DNA of 63,192 nt, counting the filler, from Octopus bimaculoides (lineage: Eukaryota), in NCBI RefSeq assembly GCF_001194135.2. It is 5 parts of 4 records of this genome, joined end to end, with 100 filler letters (N's around TTAATTAATTAA, not from the genome) between each part and the next. Parts side by side here need not be neighbours in the genome. Positions count along the whole stretch, not along the records: positions 45,258 to 53,629 come from NC_068981.1; positions 53,730 to 63,192 come from NC_068988.1; 3 more parts are not named here. One strand, written 5' to 3'. The notes beneath the pieces are model-generated. The model did not search any database, was not told the DNA's origin, and saw nothing but the letters and a program-made list of their open reading frames with translations. Below are positions 51,912 through 63,192 of this stretch, one piece after another (the stretch's first letter is position 1; every line of letters starts with the position of its first letter). A program made the translations under genes and the position numbers.

Positions 51912-54035
51912 TATATTTGTGCGTGTGTGTGTGTGTGCGTGTGTGTGTTGTGTCTGTGTGTGTATATTCTTTTATATTCTTTTATTCTTTTACTTGTTAC
52001 ATTTATTAGACTGCGGCCATACTAGAGCACCGCCTTTAATCGAAGAAATCGATCCCAGGACTTATTCTTTGTCAGCCCAGTACTCATTCTATCAGTCACT
52101 TTTACCGATCCATTAAAGTACGGGGACGTAAACACACCAACATCGGTTGTCAGTGATGGTGGACGGACAAATACATGCATACAAATACATAATATATATA
52201 TATATTCGCGACAGGCTTATTTCAGTTTCTGCCTACCACATCCACTCACAAGGCTTTGGTGGCCCGAGGTTATCCTAGAAGACACTTGCCCAAGGTGCCA
52301 TACAGTGGGAATGAAAAATGGAAACATATGGTTGGAAGGCATAGACTCATAAAGAGAGAATTCAGTGCATAGGTAAATTGAATATATGTACTGATGTATA
52401 GAAAGGGAATATTGTTGTGCTACACTCAGTTTCACCAACTTAATTGCAATCCGTATTGATAACAATCATCCGTATACTAAATTTCAATAATGCTCAGATT
52501 GAATTTAATGTTGTAGTCCTGTTTATGACCAAATATTTTCACTGCTATGATTTTCCGCCATGTCATTATCGGTTATTGGGTTCAAACCGCGAGCGCACAT
52601 GCGCACACATGCGCATAAACATATATATGTATCTATTTATGCATGTGTGTGTGTGTGTAACGCACATGGTTATTCTTACATACATTCCATCTATATCTAA
52701 TTGTGATAAAACTTCAACGACCCAGCTGAAAGTAAAGTGTGAATTAAATATACAAATATATTAATAGGCATGAGTAGAAAATATTTCGCTTCATTAATGT
52801 GAATAAAAATGTGCAGAGATGCTCTACAAGTGTAGATGATGTGTTATTTAAATATGTTAGGGATAATATAGTGAAAGACAATAATAGATGAAAGGATAAT
52901 TCAAAGATGTCATAGAAGAGATCACATAAATATTATATACAAAGACTTCTAGCTTCATAGAATGGGTTGCATAGTTAGTATAGAATTATGCTTACAAGAA
53001 AGATAAGTCTTCCTGAGAATATCATGAACAGAGGTAATGGAAAAAATTGTTCTAAACGATAAAAAGTAAAAGATATTTATGTCTATAAAAGATGAAATAA
53101 TAAGTATAGGCATATAATTTATAATATAGAAGTAAGGGAAGACAGGGAGCTGGCAGAAAACTTAGCGCGCCTGGTGAAATGCTCAGCGGTATTTCGTCTG
53201 CTGCTACGTTCTTAGTTCAAATTCTGTCGAAGTCGACTTTGCAATTCATCATTTCGGGGTCGGTAAATTACCAGTTGCGTACAGGGGTCGAGCTAATCGA
53301 CTGGCCCCCTTCCCTAAAATTTCTAGCCTTCTGCCTAAAGTAGAAAAGAATATAAAAGTGCGGGAAATAATTATGACTAGAGATGATTTCATGAAAAGAA
53401 GAGGAGGCTAAACTAGGATTTTGAGTAATATTTACTGCAGGCCCCTTATACAACATTTAAAGCTAAGTTGAAAAACGACAGAAATACTGTGATTCGGAAG
53501 GTGATCAGGAAAGTTTATGCATAACTACAGATATAAGCGCACGAATATACAAAATAATGCCCAGACACACGCTATATACTTACGTATGTTTTATGCATAT
53601 ATACATATCTATATATGTATATATATATANNNNNNNNNNNNNNNNNNNNNNNNNNNNNNNNNNNNNNNNNNNNTTAATTAATTAANNNNNNNNNNNNNNN
53701 NNNNNNNNNNNNNNNNNNNNNNNNNNNNNTATATATATATATATATATGTATATGTATGTATGTATATATGTGTGTGTGTATTTGTGTGTGCGCATGCTG
53801 TGTATCTGCGTATATGTGAGTTTCTGTCTGTGTATCTATGTGTGTGCGCTTATGTGTGCGTGCGTGCGTGTGTGCGTATGTATGTGTGTATTATTAGGGT
53901 AAGTGCCAGAATGGCAGAAAGTCTACGTATTTCTAGTGTAACTCTCAATCTAAGTACTTCTATTCCCGTATCGGAACTTCGCTGAACTGACAGATCATTG
54001 GTCTATTAAGGAAGGATACAAAAATATTAGATTTA

Positions 54036-54260
54036 TAAGCCGTAGTGGTTAAGATCGCGGGCTACTAACCCCAAAATTCCGAGTTCGATTCTAAGCAGCG
54101 ACATGATCAATAATGATGATAATAACATCGAAAAATACTTTAGGAATAAGAAATTAGGTTCGAAATTTCCCTAAGAAGGCTGGAGGGTATATCAGCTGAA
54201 ACATTGTGTTAACAACAAACAAGATGAGGATAAATATCCGTCTAATGTAAATAACGTATA
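54036..54260 (+). mobile_element. tRNA-headed SINE-like element with a hammerhead-like tail
   Basis: A-box-like gccgtagtggttaag (54039-54053), B box gagttcgattc (54081-54091), short (aat/gat) stretch, then cuaaga-a-ggcug-gaggguauau-cagcu-GAAA-cauu (54171-54205). Confidence 0.6.
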
Positions 54261-55543
54261 TGCAGTTACTGTCTGAATGTAGAAACATAGCAATGACAGT
54301 GTAGGAAAATACATGTTGCTTATAGAGGCATATCATCAGTCAAATCCTTTTTACGAGCTACTGAATCTTGTTTTTCGCAATATCTCTATAATTTTGTATG
54401 GTGGCGAACTGCCAGAATACGAACAAAATGCTCAGCGTTCTTGAAAAATGCTTAGCGGCAACTCGTCTATCTTTATTTTATTAGCTGAAATTCTTCCGAA
54501 TTCTATTCTGCCTTTCATCATTTTGCGATCAAAACAATAAGTGGCAGTTGGACACTGTGGTGGACGTAATCGACTTACCCCCGACGTACAGGCCTTGTGC
54601 CAAAATTTGAAACCAACATATTAATAATTTGTATGAATGTTGAATGTTTCCAGTAGTTGAGGGAAAGTATTCAGATTCGTTATGGCAATTTAAAAGGATC
54701 AGGCTATATAGAGTGTATTTATTAATTAGTCGCTTACTTAATCTCCAGCCGTTATATTGATAGATCAGTGTATATTTATCTATTGATAATTCACTGATTT
54801 TCTTCATTTGCACATAATCTAAGACGTTTTATTTACTTCAGCGTATGTAAATTCGCCTTGGTATTATGTACAAATGAAGTTTTGTACGTGTTCTTCTGAG
54901 TACATGCGTAAGTAGACTATGCTACACAGGCGCACAGTACACACAGACACACGCACGGACGGAAGCGTTATACAAATATATATTTCATTTATTCTTACAC
55001 TTACCGAACCACTTAAGTGTTGATATATTTTCTCACTATAAATTTGTCTCTGTCTCGCGAGAGTATTAAGCTTATAAATTTCATATAATCAAATATATTC
55101 AAGATATATTCAAAAGATAACATATTTACATCGACAAAAGTATACACATATGACTATGTAAGAAGCAATATGCATATATTTACTGATATTAACAATGACA
55201 CATATATAAAAGCATAATTATGTATATATAAAATTCATTTCGAATCTTCTTGATTGAATGCATAATGTAAATAGTTTAAAATGTTTAGATAATATTGATG
55301 CGACCACCAAAAATACAAATTAATGTTATATCCCTATCTCCCGAGCTGGGTTTTGAAACCGTATTTTGGTTGTTGAGCATAATGGCATTTCCTTTGTTTT
55401 TTCAACGACCACATTTATTTTTAGCGTAGGAGTGATCGATGACTCTTTCCGGTCACGAAAAGTTCAGAAAAACAAGTGAGGAATTGTACTGAACTGACCC
55501 AGCTTTGGGAGGGGGTAAAGTAACACTATTGAGCTACGGTATT

Positions 55544-56520
55544 TGTGATAAATACGAGAACAGGAATTGGCGCGAGGCAGTTGGCCGAAGCAGTTGGGGA
55601 CAGCAGTTGGTGGACAGCAGTTAGCCGGAGGTAGTGGGATCAGGCAGTTGGTATCAGGCGAGTTGGCCAGTCGAGTTGGGTACAGACAGTTGGCCGAAGG
55701 AGTTGGCCAGTCGAGTTGGATGAGGAACGTCAGCCAGTGAAGATGAACAGTGATAAGTCTGACAGAGAGAGGCCGAGAGAGAGGGTCTATAGTCAGCAAG
55801 TACGAGTAGGCGGAAATGCATAGAGTCTCAGAGAGAGGGGGACAGAGAGATGGAACTGTTGCGGCAGGAAAAAGAAATTAGTAGGCTACTCCGGTCAGTT
55901 CTTGTGAGAGCTTTGAAAGAAAGGAAATTATTACAGTAAAGGTTTGTGTAAATATTCTTCCAAGAAAAATGTACTTGTTGCATGTGTTAAAAGAGATTTC
56001 GTTAACTGTGATGTTAACCAAAAAGAAAACAAAGAAGTGAAAGAACTTTTAGAGGATTTGATGTACGAACTCTTGTTTATGTAATGATTGTAAACCTTTG
56101 ATTATGTTGCATGCGCTAATATATGCTATTGAATTTATAGTTACGCAATGCTATNNNNNNNNNNTGCATGCGCTAATATATGCTATTGAATTTATAGTTA
56201 CGCAATGCTATGTTTTGTATCGATGTAATGTTTTATTCTGATGTTTGATGTAAAAAGAAAAAAGTTAGTTCCGCTACCTAACGTATGGTCTCCGTGTTAT
56301 TTCTTCCTCTCCTCCTGTTGTTCTTCGTTACGTGCTCCGGCCGGGGCTTATTAGTCGTAGCGAACATCCCGACTCACTGAGCGTCGACATTCGCGCGCGC
56401 GCGAGTTCTCTCTTCGGTTCTAGGTGCTTCGCGTGCGGGCATTCGTAGCGATATCTTCATCTTGTATGTAAGAAATCCCTTATGTACGAATAGGTGTGTG
56501 GTGGCACTCAGGAAAATGTG
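55544..56520. mobile_element. GC-rich LTR-like segment with an (A)GTTGG motif array
   Basis: Abrupt GC/CpG-rich block starting tgtgataaat, with ten AGTT(G/A)G units at 55577-55721. No matching end or target duplication identified, so the class is uncertain. Confidence 0.35.
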
Positions 56521-57091
56521 TGTTCGTAAGTGAATATGTATACATATGGCGGTGGAGGGAGTTTATACACTCACTTGTAGTGCTACGTCTAGGCCTTTTT
56601 ATATAATAGTAAATAAATATAAGACTGAATTTGGTGAAACTTGATTTTAGCATTAGATATCGAAATATATATTCAGGTAAAATTTTGACAACTGCATCTC
56701 AATGACCTATACACACATATACACCGACGGAGGCATAGAGGTCCCCACTCAACCACACATATATACACAAATAGAAAAGTCTACATCTATATATATACAT
56801 TGTATATTCCAGTAATCCATACTACGACAGATCCTCAATATTCGATAGGAAGTTCACATTATCAAAAACGAGGTTCTTTGCTGTGCCTCACTATCAAAAG
56901 TCGAAGCCACCATTCTTTGCCATCCTTTCCGCTGAGTAGGTCACGTCCGGTGTATGGAGCAATCCAGTGGAGGTCCGAAATTCAGTTTTAAAGACCATTT
57001 CAAGACCATCCTCTATCTGTCTCTCTCGCTCACGCATGCAAAAAAGATGTATGCATATGTATGTACATATACATTACAACACACTCTTTCA

Positions 57092-57208
<117 letters not shown>

Positions 57209-58297
57209 ACAAATAGACATCCATACAGAAATGTATAATACGTACATAAAAAAACAAACGTGTGCGTAAGTGACTGACTACAAATACAAGAGACAGTGTG
57301 TGTGTATGTGCGCGAGAGAAAGAGAGAACGTTGCAAACAATGAATGAAATAAACTTGAAATGAAAAAAACCGTATAAATAAAAGCTCGTTAAAAACTATC
57401 TTCTACTGAATATTCAAATTTGTGAATTTGAAATATTCAATAATAAAAGGAAGTTAAGAAAGTGAATTTTCTTGAAAACTTCAATTTTAAAGAAATCTCA
57501 GTTGCTTAATAAATATTTCTTTCAGTAATTTATCGTAGTTGTTTGCAAATAGCAAATTAAATTTGGAATGAAAACATTAAAATGGAAAGTGGGAGACTTC
57601 GCAGAAGTAAAAACGAAAATGTCGACATTGCTACGTCAATACTGGAAGTTGACATTGAAAAACCTTTATAAATGAGTGAACCATATGTATAAAGCAATAT
57701 TATTTATTTTTAATAAGCAAATAACCTGAAGACCTTATTATATATCGAAGATCAAATTACTCATGCATTCCAAGTCGGGAACTAATTCGTGCAGCCGTTT
57801 TCGTGTGAAAAGCGAATATATTAGTTAAAAGTCAGAGTTATAACTGAGAGGGCTAAAAAAAANNNNNNNNNNNNNNNNNNNNNNNNNNNNNNNNNNNNNN
57901 NNNNNNNNNNNNNNNNNNNNNNNNNNNNNNNNNNNNNNNNNNNNNNNNNNNNNNNNNNNNNNNNNNNNNNNNNNNNNNNNNNNNNNNNNNNNNNNNNNNN
58001 NNNNNNNNNNNNNNNNNNNNNNNNNNNNNNNNNNNNNNNNNNNNNNNNNNNNNNNNNNNNNNNNNNNNNNNNNNNNNNNNNNNNNNNNNNNNNNNNNNNN
58101 NNNNNNNNNNNNNNNNNNNNNNNNNNNNNNNNNNNNNNNNNNNNNNNNNNNNNNNNNNNNNNNNNNNNNNNNNNNNNNNNNNNNNNNNNNNNNNNNNNNN
58201 NNNNNNNNNNNNNNNNNNNNNNNNNNNNNNNNNNNNNNNNNNNNNNNNNNNNNNNNNNNNNNNNNNNNNNNNNNNNNNNNNNNNNNNNNNNNNNNNN

Positions 58298-58330
<33 letters not shown>

Positions 58331-59751
58331 CACTAAGATGCAACAACCATGCTTTCCGAAAAGTTGTATAGCTTGTATCATACAAGTGTTTTTTTTTTTT
58401 ATATATCCATTGTAGGTTTAATATTAGGAGAGAACAGAAGCACGCAAAAAAAGAAGAACGATGTCACTGCTCGATATACGAGGATTAATGAATAAATATC
58501 ATTTGAAAACAAATAATATTTTGTTGAATTTTTTTCCTAGATAAAAAGATAAGATTTTTATGCTGAACTTATTCTCCTTAGTGAATGTACTAAAAGTCTG
58601 AATGAATAACCAGGAGAGAAACACGATATAACCACAGTGCATAGTTTCTGAATATTTTAGTCACTTCCATATTTTTTATCACTGAATCGGTGAAAGAGTC
58701 TCCATTTACATATGCAGTATCTATTACACTTCATTATATTATTAGCTTTCAATGGGTTCCTATGTATGCATATATTTCTGAGAATATCAGTAGGGTGTGA
58801 TATGTTCAACGCCTGTGTCATGAGGGAATGATAACACCACTTCGCTATATTTATGTTATCAAAGTGAACATCGCAACGTCACATGCTTAAATGAAATATT
58901 TGCTGGAATATTTGCTAGATTTTATTTAATAGCATGACTAAAATTTAGATCCCCCATTAATTAACTTGGTCATCGCCATCTTTATTTCCGGGAATGCCCA
59001 GAGATTATTACTTCCAAACTAGAGTGTTTCAACATCAGAATCTGAAGCAGCTACGTGACTCCCCTCGCAGGCTTCTATTTGAGACAGTCGATTTTCATCT
59101 ATTAATCCAGTGAAATATTTTGACATTCGAAGCCGGCACTTTGAAGAGAGATCGATACTACGCTCATACAAATCCAAAGTAATACATACAAAACGCTAAC
59201 AAATCAATGACTATTCGTTGAAGAATAATCAGCAAAGGTTTTCCGTATCGAATTCTTTGCATGATGAACATCTTGACCCGTCCAAGGAACTACTCACCGG
59301 AAAAGACCACGGCACGCTTTACGAAGAATATTGAAATATTACGTGGCTGACATGAAAGCAAAACTCAGTATTAAAGACCAATATGTTGTGAGCACGGCTT
59401 TATAATTATTTCCTGAACCACTACTCAAAGTGTACTCCAATAGCTAATGACAGGAAAGATGAGTAATAATATCTACTAGTCAGACAAACCACACTCACAC
59501 TAGCAGCTACAACAGTTCCAACAGTTTTCTGACTGTCGTCTTCACCATAACTTCTTTATGGATTTTCCATTGAGACTCAATCGTCTTTCCGACACCTTGT
59601 TATTGTAATGTTGAAGAATTGGTACCATTCTGAAGAACCAGACGTGCTTTCATGCCGAAGAGAAATTGAGAAACGTTGATTCAAGTCACCAAATAGTAAT
59701 ATAAAACAATCACTATATATATACATACATGTACAGTGAGAATATATGACG

Positions 59752-59791
<40 letters not shown>

Positions 59792-59916
59792 ATATTTGCG
59801 TGTGTGTGTATGTGTATATACTTATATATATTATATTTTATATACATTTTTATATGTTTATATGTAATATTTATTTATCTATACATATATTTGTATATAT
59901 ATATATGTGTGTGTGT

Positions 59917-59972
<56 letters not shown>

Positions 59973-61248
59973 ATGCATAAATATACGCCACTCGTATTTA
60001 TGTATACCAAACACACAATTATTCATTTTCATAACTACAAATGAAACACATCCATACACGCATATGCAAGTACTATGCGTATGTGATTGTGTGACTATCT
60101 TCGAACAGGTATATGACACAGACTTATTCTAAAGGCATCTGTAATCTGTGTATGATTCTGTTTGTCGTCAATATTACGTTGTGAATCTAATTTCCGCTAA
60201 CATAATGCACTTTGCCATGTCCATCTCTATGCCTCTTCTATATCCAGTATCTAGGTTATCAATAAATATTTGCTTCAATTGATTTTCGTGAAAACGAATA
60301 TATTGTTCCCTGAATATCGCATGCGTATGTAGTGAGCATGATCAGGATGGTAAACGTTTTCTTGGAGCTAGGAAATGTAAGATATTAGGTTGGAAGGGAA
60401 AAACGTAATGGAAAATGATAATGAAATTCTAAATTTAGGAATAAAACTAAACAATAACTTTGCATCTTTTAGGAAACAATTTCCAAGATAAATACAGTAA
60501 AAATAATATTGTATTGTATTGCTCACTTTTTTCATCACTGTATATAGTTAATTATGTTTTCTATGATAAAATGGTACAACTTTGTACAAAACATCAACCA
60601 AAATCTTTTTCGATTTCCTAATACATGAGATTTGTTTTCGTAAAATTGCTTAATGTAATGTCTTTGTTTCGTAATATAATCAGATGTTTTTAGACGTATG
60701 TATTCACAGTGTCTTTTGGTTTATAACATAGCGTCGTTTGTATTTTTCAAAACCAACATGCATCTCATTAACAAGATTCATGTCTGTAGTTATTATGCAC
60801 CGCTTTGTCTGTCATTTTTGCAAAAGAAAATTTACATTTCACCATAGTTGGTTGCCCGTCCATTTTTTCTTCTCGCTGCCTATAGGCCTTCTCTGTTAGT
60901 GACCGTCATTCAACGAACAACTCAATGTTTACAGCCATCAAGTGAGATTCAGTTAATAGCTGGTGTATGTTTTAACTTTTACTTCTTTCCCTTATTTCAC
61001 TTTAACCATGCTGGGGCATCGTGCCGATGGAGGTAATCGACTGTAATAAAGGCGTTCTGTTAAGCTTGGCACTTTCTTATCGGTATTTTCCTGGACCTCT
61101 AGGTTATGGAGACGTAAACAAACCAATACCGAATCTGAAGCATTTTTAGGAGTTGAACATCAAGACACACACATTGATACACGACAAAAATAAATATACG
61201 TGCGTACACGCACACACACACGTACATATATATGCATGTATACATACA

Positions 61249-61284
<36 letters not shown>

Positions 61285-61286
61285 TA

Positions 61287-61655
61287 TAGGGTGCGATGGG
61301 TAAATTGTCGCCATATTATATCTTTAATTTAGCACTTGCACATTGTTTGTTTTTAATTGTATCGCACAGTATAATAGGGTTAGATAGACAACGTCGGTCA
61401 GAGAAACAACACCATGACACAATTCACTCTGCCAGAAATTTGGAAACAACTTGCTGTACTGCTTGGCATTCGCGACAGAAGCTCAAATAAGAACGCTTCA
61501 GAGTATTTGGGTGTCAACCTGAGGAGAGCACAATCTAAGGACATGTAACGATAGTACAACCAGTCAACATCCTGGTGTTTGGAGTCATCACTAGAGATGG
61601 CGACATTATACTTGCATTCATCTTCACACATGGCCTAAAAATCAACATGGTAATA
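61287..61655 (+). mobile_element. Tc1/mariner (maT/rosa-like) relic
   Basis: TIR-like start tagggtgcgatgggtaaattgtcgcc after (TA)n; 61560-61647 translates to PVNILVFGVITRDGDIILAFIFTHGLKIN (P..VMVWG..S..G..PLIF...G.KIN-like). Confidence 0.6.
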
Positions 61656-63192
61656 GCTCTCAATTTTCAAATGTCTTGTTTCACAATGAGTAACTGTAAA
61701 TGATAACATGCATCATACAGTAAATAATTGCTTGCAATGTTTGTCGGATGAAGTATGACTTCCTTCAATAAGTCCGCAAATAGTCGGACATATTGAAAAC
61801 AAATTTGTTGGAGTGAAAATGTCAAAAATCTAGCATCGTCATTCTGTAGTAAAAAACTGAATTAATCAAATGTATTTTGCTGTTTTTGTAGTAAGAATTT
61901 AGTGGTTGTTGTTTTCTATCTTTAGATGTCGTGTACAATTCCGTAGTGTACCTACTTTATATGGACGGCCATATTTTTCTTACGTATTCTACTTGTTTGA
62001 CTGCAGTGAATCAATTGTCTTTGATCAGTCCAACATTCTTACTCAAGCTAATGTTAGAACTCATTTTATGCTAATTATATCATGAGGCAGAAACGGTGTA
62101 TGGAAACGAAAACATATCATACATTATTTACTTACAAGTAATTACCATATCGACAGTAGTCTTACCATGGTCAGTATCATGTTTTGGTCTACCTGTGGTC
62201 GATAAAATACTGAACAGAATGTACGTAATGCATTCGTCTCTACCTGAGAAAATTCGCCTCATTCCTTCAGTTAAAACGACTATTATTATTAAATTATGAA
62301 CACCATTGCGAAAGTCCGAACACTGGAGTAAAAATATTATGCGACTTTATAAATAGTTTCAGAATTGATTTCTCTTCTTTGATGTTAAATAACAATTCCC
62401 ATTAGAAATTATGAACTAGTATCACCTTCGTTCTTATTAATTATTAATATCTAAGAAATATATTACTGAGATGGAATGTAAATGAAAAATGATTCATACG
62501 ACATTTGGATTCACTTTAACATTATTGTTATTTAATAAATTGTTTTCATATTTACTGAAAGCCTCCTTTTATTTATATTCAGGCATAATCATATACGAGA
62601 TTTATGCATATATTGAAAACTAGATTCTATGGAAATTAGATGTATTTATACATTCGTAATATACTTGATATCGCTATATCTTAATCCAAACATAAACTGA
62701 ATCTTTTCATGACTGAATTAATTTCTATCATTATTTGTAACCCAAGATGACAGCCCATATTAATGTGAATTAAATTTCCTTCGTGTTTAAATCCCCCACT
62801 ATTTGAAGTGATACTATATAATTAAATAAATCGAGAGTAGCATTTATTAAGGTAACGATTTAAGATAGTCAAACCCGTATTTTTAAGCTAATACTTGTAA
62901 ATCATAACCATATTCTTTCTAAGGTAAACCAAACACTAGCGGCTTGGGAGATGTTTACGTTGATTAATAGCGCCGAGTACTTGTTAAATTATTTTCGAGA
63001 CGAAGAAATGTAAGGTTTCCGCGGTGGTATCTTATTAAAGAATATCGCCTATTAGACAGAATTTCTAATGATTAAACCTGTCTACTATATTGTTGTTGTT
63101 GTTGTTGTTGGGACTCCGTCGCTTACAACGTCGAAGGTTCCAGTTGATCCGATCAACGGAACAGCCTGCTCGTGAAATTATATATACATATA

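Noticed and set aside
56108-56211. Exact 47-bp direct repeat around a 10-N gap
   Set aside because: Typical unmerged overlap of adjacent contig ends; assembly artefact.
56715-56750. IYTDGG resembling an RNase H start
   Set aside because: Six residues in a (CA)-rich context with no downstream RNase H motifs.
61926-62075. Possible opsin TM6-TM7 exon (acceptor ctttag|ATG TCG.., W at position 13, later PTFLLK)
   Set aside because: Needs an in-frame stop and two frameshifts, and lacks AKSS and NPxxY; most likely coincidence.

Overview
Eukaryotic, AT-rich, microsatellite-saturated draft scaffold with about 22 N-gaps. The repeat families look like coleoid cephalopod (Octopus-like) DNA; this is inference from recalled repeat consensus, not a search result. 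Almost all ORFs in the supplied track are artefacts of (CA)n/(TA)n/(TATG)n repeats and N-runs. One real protein-coding gene is supported: two + strand exons (7585-7681 and 20682-20898, phase-compatible across a 13.0-kb intron) encode TM4-ECL2-TM5-ICL3 of a peropsin-like opsin, with the Glu181 and Cys187 equivalents conserved; its other exons were not found. The rest is transposon debris: at least four SINE families, four Penelope-like element (PLE) fragments, Dong/R4 and L2/CR1-group LINE pieces, three Tc1/mariner relics, hAT and other MITEs, and a Helitron-like end. The most interesting signal is a set of minimal type-I hammerhead ribozyme motifs. One is fully canonical (23003-23045, -). One has a compensatory G3-C8 swap of the catalytic core (22035-22090, -). 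Degenerate copies lie on the + strand, one at a PLE 3' end and one inside a tRNA-headed SINE. Also present are two long near-perfect palindromes and an interstitial (TTAGGG)5 beside promoter-like motifs.
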